Source: Trichodesmium erythraeum IMS101
GTDB lineage: Bacteria; Cyanobacteriota; Cyanobacteriia; Cyanobacteriales; Microcoleaceae
Direction: 5' to 3'
NCBI RefSeq assembly: GCF_000014265.1
Contig: NC_008312.1
Coordinates: forward strand, 2,430,001 to 2,462,000
Length of the DNA: 32,000 nucleotides
Shown here one piece after another: positions 9,801 to 17,514 of the stretch (its first letter is position 1; every line of letters starts with the position of its first letter). Below the pieces are notes generated by a model. That model made no database searches, was not told the DNA's origin, and was given only the letters and a program-made list of their open reading frames with translations. Position numbers and translations under genes: made by a program.

Positions 9801-9940
9801 TGTTGGTAAAAGGTGGTGGCTTTTGGCCGCCTCTAGTTATAGCGATCGCTGGTGGTGTTGGTGGTTCCACACTGGTCGCTCTCTACCTTGTTCCCTGTTG
9901 CTATTTACTTGTGGCAAATTTTGGTAGGGGAAAAGAGTAA
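6827..9940 (+). CDS. RND-superfamily efflux pump, AcrB/AcrD/AcrF-type inner-membrane transporter
   Basis: 1037-aa ORF with the typical layout: TM1, a large periplasmic loop, a TM2-6 cluster (around residues 340-480), a second large loop, and a TM8-12 cluster. N-terminal RLEDPE and GVLPSEV-type motifs are present. It is partnered with the upstream HlyD-family gene. Confidence 0.9.
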   Translation: MTTLFYRNFRLLILAILIIVAWGISSCFTLPRLEDPELVSRFASITTFWPGADAQQVETLITEKIEAKLSEIEEIETYDSTSRAGSSIINIGLLESVEERKADTAWLRIKERLNQATTQLPAGTSKPRLEEVEVKAYAMITALTWEQDTEPNYAIINRLSKLLKDKLLALPGTQKVAKFGIPQEEILVEINPTDLASLGLTAQQLSAQIQQSDAKVSSGKFRSQNNDLLLEVDSNLDSLNRIRNIPISFSDRGQFTRLGDIAKVRKTIAEPPNELALINGHPGSALAIFVESDYQIDLWAKSAESAIEKFRKELGIGLKIEIIFNQSNYIQTRLKSMIWNLLMSGILVFLMTVFLMGWKSAIVVGLVLPLSICMVLGMMRFLNVPLHQMSITGLIVALGLLVDVTIIIVDQISKSMVSGLKAETAITKVINHLFLPLTASTLTTALGFLSMLLIPGEPGEFLGGLGISVILSVISSLLLSLTIGSGLIGKLYHIYYHHNNSQNTQQNFWQTGFTNSSLTKLYQVSLRSIFSNPWLGILLGLILPITGLIQVRNLPEQFFTPASRNQLQIELELPALTSIEKTKNTAIKVRNLILKHPEIQELQWFVGRSSPRYYYNLRATKQPDSNYAQGFLQLNSIANSELVNKLQGEVDTAFPGAQVLIRQLEQGPPFDAPVAIRIYGPNLKRLQELGEQARSLLAQVPKVTHTRDTLSEIRPQLQLQLNEEEVRLAQLDHANLSQQLESLLEGNLGGSIIEDTEELPVRVRVSNAQRGDISQITSLDLQPLGSSLNQNRFSSTDTIPLSALAKVELKPEFSVIRRSNGRRVNLIQGFIAAGVLPSEVLKGWQQRLNDSNFELPSGYWLEIAGESEKLGEAKAVLLATVPLIFLLAVSVLVLSLNSFRATAIIGIVAISAIGLGFFSLWLFGYPLSFMSLVGTFGLVGIAINDSVVVLAAILQDREACTGNRRATRQVVMGSTRHVVATTLTTMIGFVPLLVKGGGFWPPLVIAIAGGVGGSTLVALYLVPCCYLLVANFGRGKE

Positions 9941-10187
9941 AACTTCAGTAAATATTACAGGTTAGTCTGGCTCGCGTCATGGTAGATGGGGATGAGAACA
10001 CTTAATAAGGGAGTAATATGTTCCCACTCCTATTCCCCGTCAGCCAAAAGAATTACAATAAACCATCATGACAATGCACCACCACCATAAATGATTTCAC
10101 ATCCTCCCGATACATGCATCACAAATTATCGTGCAGGGCATCGTTGTAAGAAAGATTCAGATCTGCTTGACACATCATTGCTATCAA

Positions 10188-11573
10188 CTACTTTTTGACA
10201 AGACGTTCATACCACAAACCAGCAGCTATAACTCCTAAACCACATAAAATAAACACTAAAGACTTTAATAATAATCCAGTATTATACTCAAAAGTACGAC
10301 TAACAATTTGTAAAGTCAACAATATCAAACCACCCCAAAAAGTACTTTTAATTCCTTGTACTAATCCAATCCTAATTAAACCTGTTGCCAAAATAAACAT
10401 TTCTATATTTATGATCAAAGTAGCTATTTCTGAAATTTTATTAATACTCAAATGCCAGAAACATAATATGGCTGTTACAACAATAAAACCCAAAACCATA
10501 CCACTCACAGAATCTAATCGCCAACTCTGAACATCTCTTTTATTTTGCCTTGCTAAAAACAACCATTCCCAGATAGTTAATCCCACAAAAAATAAAACTT
10601 CAACTAAAGTGAACCATTGAATTTTTGATGATGTACCATAAAAATTTTCTAATAAAAAATCCTGCCAAAATATTTGATAAGATAAACAAAAAAATCCAAT
10701 ACTTAAATACCAAATAGCTAAATTTTTTGCTAGAGATTGAAAAATTCTGCTATCTACTTTATGCCAGACAATATCATCATATCCCCACAATAAAGCAGGA
10801 GGTAAAGTTAAAGCGATCGCTCCCCAAACACCATTATTTGATAAATTAAAAACTCGGAACAGACTAATTTCTAAAGCTAGTAATATTATCAATGTAGCTA
10901 CAAAGAAAATTACTCGAGAATTGCACCAGTAAGCTAGGGGAATAAACAACAATACCCCCACCAAAGACATATATTCTATTATCAACTGTAACCAGGAAAC
11001 TTCTCCCGGGTAAAATAAACTTGATAACCCTATTAAATAGCCTAATCCCATCAATAAAATAGCAATAACTCCAAGAGAAGCTAGTTGTAAACTATAAGCC
11101 ATTACCAAAACTCCTAATCCCCAAACAATATATAATCCGTAGGGAGAGTCGCCAATATGAAACATTTGAGCCATTAGTGTTATATTTGCCCCTAAAATTA
11201 AGGCTCCAAATATTAAGAGTCCGTGACCTAATCTTTGTTTTTTATTGCTAGTATTTGCCAGAGTATTTGGCTGTCGCCATAAATAAAAACCAGTCGTATT
11301 AACTCCAATAAATAAAGTTAACAAAATAACTATTTTTAATTCCCTTGACCATTCTTGCCAGTTAGCAGAAACAAAAGTTATCATACCTAATCCCAGGAGA
11401 ATAGCACCCAGAGAAATAAGGATCGTAATAAAACGAGAGCTAGCAGTTTTTTCTAAATAATCAAATTGATAACGCTCTGATAATTGTTCATAGAGATAAT
11501 TATCAATTAATCCTTCTGTTTGCCATAATTTAACTTCTTGGCGGAGTTGGTGACGAAACTTTTCTGTAATCAT
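10188..11573 (-). CDS. polytopic membrane protein, DUF2157-like N-terminus (possibly a DUF2157+DUF4401-type fusion)
   Basis: 461-aa ORF. The soluble N-terminal helix pair (LWQTEGLIDNYLYEQLSERY) is typical of DUF2157. About 12 hydrophobic helices follow. Confidence 0.6.
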   Translation of the reverse strand: MITEKFRHQLRQEVKLWQTEGLIDNYLYEQLSERYQFDYLEKTASSRFITILISLGAILLGLGMITFVSANWQEWSRELKIVILLTLFIGVNTTGFYLWRQPNTLANTSNKKQRLGHGLLIFGALILGANITLMAQMFHIGDSPYGLYIVWGLGVLVMAYSLQLASLGVIAILLMGLGYLIGLSSLFYPGEVSWLQLIIEYMSLVGVLLFIPLAYWCNSRVIFFVATLIILLALEISLFRVFNLSNNGVWGAIALTLPPALLWGYDDIVWHKVDSRIFQSLAKNLAIWYLSIGFFCLSYQIFWQDFLLENFYGTSSKIQWFTLVEVLFFVGLTIWEWLFLARQNKRDVQSWRLDSVSGMVLGFIVVTAILCFWHLSINKISEIATLIINIEMFILATGLIRIGLVQGIKSTFWGGLILLTLQIVSRTFEYNTGLLLKSLVFILCGLGVIAAGLWYERLVKK

Positions 11574-12461
11574 TGTATTGAAAAAATAAATTATAAAATC
11601 TGAACCAAGTTATAAATTATAAGTTTTTTTGATAACAAAAACTTCAGTTTTTCTTAAAAAAAATCGCTTAAAAAGTATTGATCGAGAACATTTTTTTTTG
11701 ATTAATAATTGTTAGTTACTGAATCTAAATTATACCAATTTTATCAACTTAGGCTAAACTACTGATATTATACTAAAATATACAATAATTTCCTAAAACT
11801 ACCGACCGCGTCAAAGCTTTTATTTTTTAAAATCTTACTTTTAACTTTCTCCTTGGGATAGGATAAATGGGTGGATAAACGAATGACTATTGTGAAAAAG
11901 TATTAGTAAATTTTTTCTTTAAATAGTAAATTCTCTCTTAGATAAAGATGCCAGTTTTTTAGTTGCTATATTGTATGATTTTTACCTCTCAAAAAATGTC
12001 CTAAAACCTGACTTATAAAGTAAGTATTAGGATATTAAATTGCTTGTTAAACTTAACTTTAGAAATTTATACTAATTAAGTAAGTCGGAGTTTAAATCTG
12101 CCGCTATGTAACAACATATAAGTTGATTTTAAATAAACTGTATCAAGCATTTTGAATTCAGTATATAAATCTTAATACAGCCAAGTTTTTTTTAATGCCT
12201 ACCTACTTAGCAAAACTCATGCTATACTTAAATAGTACTTCAATTATTAAATTAATTAACAAAGACCAAATAAGTTTTTTTAATAATTATTAGCCAATTA
12301 GTATTAATCACTCTTATTTTTACCTACTAGTAGGAAATTAGTATACAATATTTATAGTTACTCCCCTACAAAAAAAATGTAGAGAAATTTTTAATAAATG
12401 GTATTATAGGCTCAGAAGTTTAATGTTAAATTAAAATTATTAAAGTTATATTTTTTTGTTT

Positions 12462-12896
12462 ATGGAAGATTACCAAGCAGCTTTTCTAGAACGCTATTAT
12501 GATACAAAAAAATTACATGAATCGGGAAGAAAAATTGCAGCCATGCATTTTGGAGGTATAACTATTGAGTGCTTATTAAAAGCAATGATTTTTGCTACTT
12601 TACCAAATAGTGCAACTAAAGAATGGAAAACATATAAAAATAATCCAGGGCATACTTTTACTAATCCAGGGCATGAATTACAAAAAGCAATAAAAAAACA
12701 TCCTAAACTTAAAAGATTAATTGACCACCAGCCCCATGTCCTAGAATGGTTAGATCAAGTTGAAAACCCAATAGGTCAAAATTTTATACATATACGTTAT
12801 TGCGCTATTGAAGCTGACAATATAAATTATGAAAGCTGGTTTAAAACATATACAAGGCTTATAGAATGGCTACAAAAACAAGCCACTATACTTTAA
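12462..12896 (+). CDS. small alpha-helical protein, HEPN-like (putative)
   Basis: The ORF-track start at 12456 is TTG; an ATG lies at 12462. The helical pattern AAMHFGGITIECLLKAMIF ... GHELQKAIKK ... FIHIRY resembles the HEPN (PF05168-type) consensus QA.E..LKA ... H.L..L ... Y...RY. The stop codon overlaps the Shine-Dalgarno sequence of the next gene. Confidence 0.5.
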   Translation: MEDYQAAFLERYYDTKKLHESGRKIAAMHFGGITIECLLKAMIFATLPNSATKEWKTYKNNPGHTFTNPGHELQKAIKKHPKLKRLIDHQPHVLEWLDQVENPIGQNFIHIRYCAIEADNINYESWFKTYTRLIEWLQKQATIL

Positions 12897-12901
12897 GGAG
12901 G
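12895..12901 (+). promoter_or_regulatory. Shine-Dalgarno AAGGAGG for the 909-aa gene, overlapping the upstream stop codon (translational coupling)
   Basis: In taAGGAGGttgaaATG the spacing to the ATG at 12907 is 5 nt. The TAA of the upstream ORF occupies 12894-12896. Confidence 0.6.
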
Positions 12902-12906
12902 TTGAA

Positions 12907-15636
12907 ATGGAAGAAACCTGGCAAGTACTACTAAAGCAAAAAATAGAAAATAAATACATTCAAAACCCTAACGCTAAAGAATGGGTTGATGTAAATTTTT
13001 CCACCTCAGGTTTGCTCAATTTAACTTTAGTTAGTAATAACTTTTTTGGTTTATCTATCCCTAAACGGAAAGAAGAAATCTCCAACTTGCTAAAATCTCA
13101 AGCGCCTCATTTATCTCCTGGGTTTCTTTCCTTATATACACCTCAAGAAGCTGAATCATTAAATATTTCACCTCCACAAATCTCTGATACACTCTCGCCC
13201 ATTGATTGGCAAGATTTAGCTAATCAGGCAGCAAACCCACAAGATCAACCTCAACTACCCCAGCAAGAACCCAGTACACCCAGAACAGTAACATTTTATT
13301 CTTTTAAAGGAGGAGTAGGTCGGACTACTGCATTAACTCATGTGGCTTCAATTTTAGCCATGCGAGGCCATAAAGTTGTAGCTATAGACTTAGATTTAGA
13401 AGCACCTGGGTTAACTACAGCATTTAAGCTTAAGCAACAGCCAAAATATGGAATAGTTGATTATTTCTACGAACGTTCCTACTTACCAGATGAAGTAGAC
13501 CCCAGTGTTTTAATTACAGAAATATTTGGTGAGGCAAAAATACCTAATGCTACAGGGAGAGTATTTGTTGTTCCTGCTGGATATCTTAGTCTTGATTATA
13601 TGTCTAAAGTTGGCGATCTTTATGCCACAACTGTTATAGATGGAAATCAAAATCTTTGGTCTATTTTTAAGCAGGAAATTCAGGAACAATTAAAACCAGA
13701 TTTTCTCTTAATTGACTCAAGAACTGGAATTAATCAATGGAGTGCTTTATCATTAATTCAAGCTGCTGATGAAGCAATTATTTTTCTTTTCCCTAACGAA
13801 CAAAACAAACAGGGAATGGAGTTAATACTAAAATCTCTTCAAAGTCTGAAAAATCTATCCATTAATTTTGTTTTTTCCCCTGTACCTGATGTAGCAAAAA
13901 GTGGTTTAGATAAAGTTAAAAAAATTTGGAATTTTTTGCTTGAAAGCATACAAAATCCAAAAGATGAAAAGTATGATACTGATGATGATGATGATGATGA
14001 TTCAAATACAACTAATGACATATCAGAAAATAACGATGAATTATTAGTAGTGCCTTACCTTGAAACAATTGCTTTAGCTGATAGCTATCCCATACCACAT
14101 ATACAGAATTACTATAGTAAAATTGCCAATCTAATTGATGCCAAAACTAATGAAATTAAACGCAGCAGTATTTTTAATACTAGTGAACAAAGATGGCAAA
14201 TTATTGAAAGTCTCGAGTTTGCTGAAGTAAATGCGGCTGACCAGAAGCAGGACCTAGGATTATTGTTTCAACGTACTACTGATTTTGACAAATTTTTAGA
14301 CGATACAACCTGTCTAATTAGAGGAAAAAAAGGAACAGGTAAAACTGCTCTATATTGGCTATTTTTACAACATCAAGAAGTCGCTCAAAAATTAGCTTAC
14401 AGAGGGTTAGATAATATTAATACTAAATTTGAATTTTTCTCAGGACACGGTAGATTTCAAAAAAGTCGTCCAACCCGTGATGAATTTCAATATATTCATC
14501 AAAAATTGCAGGAAAATAATGGGACATGGGAAGCTTTTTGGAGAGCTTATTTACTATTTAGATGTTATCAGGAAAGATTACTAAAATTTCCCAGAGGTAA
14601 GAAAGGAGAAAAGTTTAGTGAGTTAAAAAAAATCATAAATAATTTACCAAAAGATAGATGGGAGGCGCAATCAACAACTGAAGCTTTATTAGAATTATCT
14701 ACCAACTCTCAATTGATACTTACAGTCAAAGAAGCAATAGAGATTATTCTTAATCAAGAGGCGAAAAAAAATTCTAAAAAATACTGGTTTCTTTATGATG
14801 ACTTAGATGAAGATTTTCCAAAAGCAGAAGAATTAGGACAACAAGCATTAACTGGATTATTTCAATTAGTTCAGTCTTGTGATGCGAGTAGACTAACAGA
14901 AATTAGATTTAAAATTTTCTTGAGAGAAGATATTTGGAATCGTTTAATTTTTGATAATAAAAGTCATTTTACGGGAAGGGAGATTATTTTACAGTGGAGT
15001 TCAATAGACTTTTTACGTTTAGCCCTTCGTCAAGCAATACAATCTAAAAAATTCAAAGATTTAGTTGACCGAGTTTATCCTGTTGCTATTGACAGAATAG
15101 ATCAAGCTAGTGAAGAAGAGCTTGAGCAAGCATTAGAATTACTTTGGGGAAGTCGTCGCCGACGAGGAAATAGAGCGAAAAAAGTATCTCAATGGGTTTA
15201 TGAAAGATTAACAGACTTAAGTGGCACGACTTTTCCTCGGAGTTTAAGTATATTACTTAAAGAAGCAAAAGAAAAAGAATTAAGTAATAAAGGAAAGTCA
15301 TCAACTAAAATTCGTACAGACCGTCTCTTTCAAGGAAAATCTCTAGAATTAGGGTTAAAAAAAGCATCAGAAAAGCGATGTGAAGAAATTAAAGAGGAAT
15401 ATCCAAACTATATTAATTTCTTTGATTCTCTTAACGGAAAACTAGCTTTGTTAAAAAAAGAAGAATTGAAAGCAATATGGAAGGATTCGGCAGAGGATAT
15501 TGTCGGAAATTTTGAAGAATTTGCTTCTTTGTTAAGTGAAATAGGTATGATTGAATTTCGGGAGAAAGAAGAATGCTATAAATTTGCGGATATATATATT
15601 TATGGTTTTAATATGATTCGTAAAGGAACAATATAG
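12907..15636 (+). CDS. multidomain double P-loop NTPase: N-terminal unknown domain, KGGVGR-variant ParA/MinD-like (SIMIBI) module, acidic linker, GKT P-loop (STAND/AAA-like) module with helical C-terminus
   Basis: - Module 1: deviant Walker A FKGGVGRTT (aa 133-141), A' box DLDLEAPG (aa 161-168), Walker B FLLIDSRTG (aa 266-274).
- Linker: poly-Asp tract (aa 359-365).
- Module 2: Walker A GKKGTGKT (aa 473-480), Walker B YWFLYDDLDED (aa 626-636), then FKIFLREDIW and a roughly 250-aa helical C-terminal region. Confidence 0.75.
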   Translation: MEETWQVLLKQKIENKYIQNPNAKEWVDVNFSTSGLLNLTLVSNNFFGLSIPKRKEEISNLLKSQAPHLSPGFLSLYTPQEAESLNISPPQISDTLSPIDWQDLANQAANPQDQPQLPQQEPSTPRTVTFYSFKGGVGRTTALTHVASILAMRGHKVVAIDLDLEAPGLTTAFKLKQQPKYGIVDYFYERSYLPDEVDPSVLITEIFGEAKIPNATGRVFVVPAGYLSLDYMSKVGDLYATTVIDGNQNLWSIFKQEIQEQLKPDFLLIDSRTGINQWSALSLIQAADEAIIFLFPNEQNKQGMELILKSLQSLKNLSINFVFSPVPDVAKSGLDKVKKIWNFLLESIQNPKDEKYDTDDDDDDDSNTTNDISENNDELLVVPYLETIALADSYPIPHIQNYYSKIANLIDAKTNEIKRSSIFNTSEQRWQIIESLEFAEVNAADQKQDLGLLFQRTTDFDKFLDDTTCLIRGKKGTGKTALYWLFLQHQEVAQKLAYRGLDNINTKFEFFSGHGRFQKSRPTRDEFQYIHQKLQENNGTWEAFWRAYLLFRCYQERLLKFPRGKKGEKFSELKKIINNLPKDRWEAQSTTEALLELSTNSQLILTVKEAIEIILNQEAKKNSKKYWFLYDDLDEDFPKAEELGQQALTGLFQLVQSCDASRLTEIRFKIFLREDIWNRLIFDNKSHFTGREIILQWSSIDFLRLALRQAIQSKKFKDLVDRVYPVAIDRIDQASEEELEQALELLWGSRRRRGNRAKKVSQWVYERLTDLSGTTFPRSLSILLKEAKEKELSNKGKSSTKIRTDRLFQGKSLELGLKKASEKRCEEIKEEYPNYINFFDSLNGKLALLKKEELKAIWKDSAEDIVGNFEEFASLLSEIGMIEFREKEECYKFADIYIYGFNMIRKGTI
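13981..14001 (+). repeat. (GAT)7 trinucleotide microsatellite encoding D7 in the inter-module linker
   Basis: gatgatgatgatgatgatgat is read directly and is in frame (YDTDDDDDDDSN). Confidence 0.95.
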
Positions 15637-15823
15637 AAATTTGTAAGCAAGCACACAAAATTAATTACTCCTATATGTAAGATTGAACTTTTTATACTAT
15701 AAACTATCATTCAAAATAGAGTAGGTAAATAACAACTGTAATGGTACTTATTAAGAATAGAGTAGTTGAAAATGTTGAAAATATAGTATATCTAAATTAT
15801 AGCTTACTGAAAAAGCATTTTTA

Positions 15824-15997
15824 ATGAGTAAGAGACTCACTCCTAACCTCGACTGTAAAAAGAGAATTAGTATGGATATTTTGGTAAAAAAATATAGGTC
15901 GAAATGGGAAATTTATAGAGCAGTTATTCGATATATTTTTCCCGTAATTTTTTCTGTTATAAGAGCGCTAAAAATTCTAATAATTTTTAACTATTGA
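15824..15997 (+). CDS. possible small ORF (57 aa) with a basic N-terminus and hydrophobic C-terminus; speculative
   Basis: The ORF encodes MSKRLTPNLDCKKRISMDILVKKYRSKWEIYRAVIRYIFPVIFSVIRALKILIIFNY. It is below the ORF-track size cutoff, and a 57-codon open frame is somewhat unusual in stop-rich AT-rich DNA. It is on the same strand as the 909-aa gene and 187 bp downstream of it. No clear Shine-Dalgarno sequence is present. Confidence 0.2.
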   Translation: MSKRLTPNLDCKKRISMDILVKKYRSKWEIYRAVIRYIFPVIFSVIRALKILIIFNY

Positions 15998-16513
15998 GAT
16001 TGATTATTTTATTTAATAACAATTAATTAAAGAAAAAAAAGCACAGTAAGGATTTAGATATTTTTCTAAAATTGAAAATAAGTCGTTTAAATACTTAATA
16101 GCTCACCAATTATAAGATATTAATACTAACTTTTTTCAACCTTCAACAATTTAAGTAATTAACACAAAAGGAATATCATTTTTTGAAATTAATCCTCTCG
16201 AATTATGTAATTATTATCATGTTGTACAGACCTTGTATATAATATCCTTACCCTTATCAATAACAAAATAGAGTTTTTTTTTAATGAGTGCTCTAAATTC
16301 TGTTATGATTTGGGAAAAATACTAGTTTTTTTGATTCGGAAAACATTTTAGCCAATATCAGTCAGTGCTTTTATATTCAACAAGAAACTATGATGAAAAT
16401 TTATTAGACTTAATAAACATAGTTTAAAAAACTATTTTTTTTGACCAAAATTTTATCTGTATACACAGATATATATCTGCCATTCGTTGTGTAATTATAA
16501 TTAGTGAATTATC

Positions 16514-17074
16514 TTAATTTGTACTGAGAAAAGGAAACTCATTACAAATATTCCACCGCTTACCATTATGAATTAATAAAGTTAACTGAGAAGCTGTAAA
16601 ATCCAAATCTAGCGATCGCTCCCGAAACTCTATCCAAGCCGCTCGAAAATTCTGTTTAGTTAAATCTCGAAAAGCTACAGTAACATGAGGAGAAAAAGGG
16701 CGAATTTTAGAAGGGGGATGTACAATTCCTAAAGTAGTTTCTGTAAATGCAATTAAGTCCCGTTGAATTTTTAATAGTTCTGGAGTCTTGACAACATTAA
16801 TATAGATAACACGAGGCACAAAAGCAGCAAACCCAGATAAAGTAATGGGAAAAGCAGAGCAATGTTGAGTAAAAGCCTCTAAAGACTCCTGCAAAAGAGT
16901 TAAATTTTCAGTCGGCCATTTAAAAGGAGGTTGTAAAGTAATATGAGGCACAGATTTTAAAGCATGACTACTATTATAATTCCGAGAAAAATACTCCTTA
17001 ATTTCGGTAACTTGGTTTTGAATATTTTCAGGTGGCACAAGAGCCACAAATAATAGACATTTTGATAGACCCAT
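16514..17074 (-). CDS. 2H phosphoesterase superfamily protein (2'-5' RNA ligase / LigT-like)
   Basis: 186-aa ORF with the two diagnostic HxT/S motifs: VPHITLQPPF and SPHVTVAFRD. Confidence 0.75.
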   Translation of the reverse strand: MGLSKCLLFVALVPPENIQNQVTEIKEYFSRNYNSSHALKSVPHITLQPPFKWPTENLTLLQESLEAFTQHCSAFPITLSGFAAFVPRVIYINVVKTPELLKIQRDLIAFTETTLGIVHPPSKIRPFSPHVTVAFRDLTKQNFRAAWIEFRERSLDLDFTASQLTLLIHNGKRWNICNEFPFLSTN

Positions 17075-17091
17075 AAAATTCCTTAATAAAA

Positions 17092-17358
17092 ATGCCTTGG
17101 TTTGCCAAAATAGAAAAAGGTATAGTCGAAAAAGCCATATTTGATAAATATGTACCAGGCCACATAGCCTATGTCCAAAATTTAATTGCTAAAGGACATA
17201 AAGCTAAAAGTGGTTACTGGGGAAAACTAGGAGGAGGAATGTTAATATTCGAGGCTTCATCTATGGCAGAAGCTGAAAAAATAGTAGCCGAAGACCCCCT
17301 AATTAAAAATAATTGTGTAACTTATGAAATTTATCAGTGGTACATAGTTGCAGAATAA
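17092..17358 (+). CDS. YciI-like family protein
   Basis: 88-aa ORF. The pattern HIAYVQNL...G...SGYW...GG.LIFEA.S..EAE.IV.EDP...N matches the YCII-related domain. Confidence 0.7.
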   Translation: MPWFAKIEKGIVEKAIFDKYVPGHIAYVQNLIAKGHKAKSGYWGKLGGGMLIFEASSMAEAEKIVAEDPLIKNNCVTYEIYQWYIVAE

Positions 17359-17381
17359 AAAAATGTGTTATAGTAGTTAAT

Positions 17382-17475
17382 GATTCGGACCAGCGCGATT
17401 ACAACACCTAAACCTTGTCAGGACCGGAAGGTAGCAGCAACACGGGATGCTTGTAGTAGGCGTTGACTCCGGGTC
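17382..17475 (+). ncRNA. ffs: signal recognition particle RNA (4.5S/SRP RNA, small bacterial type)
   Basis: It contains GUCAGGACCGGAAGGUAGCAGC. This matches the universally conserved domain IV motif GUCAGGUCCGGAAGGAAGCAGC at 20 of 22 positions. The 5' GAUUCGGA pairs with the 3' UCCGGGUC to form an 8-bp closing helix. The length of about 94 nt is typical. Confidence 0.8.
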
Positions 17476-17514
17476 ACCCAACTAAAAGGAGCTCATAAGA
17501 TAGGATACATATAT

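Noticed and set aside
9961-10187. A visibly GC-richer 227-bp patch between the convergent RND and DUF2157-like genes, considered as a possible ncRNA or gene remnant
   Set aside because: By eye I could find only very short ORFs and no clean extended helix or known RNA motif. The evidence is insufficient for any call. A covariance-model scan would be needed.
10195-10530. The 111-aa plus-strand ORF
   Set aside because: It is antisense to the polytopic membrane protein gene and has no recognisable features.
13839-14021. The 60-aa minus-strand ORF with a poly-Ser run
   Set aside because: It is the antisense reading of the (GAT)7/acidic linker region inside the 909-aa gene.
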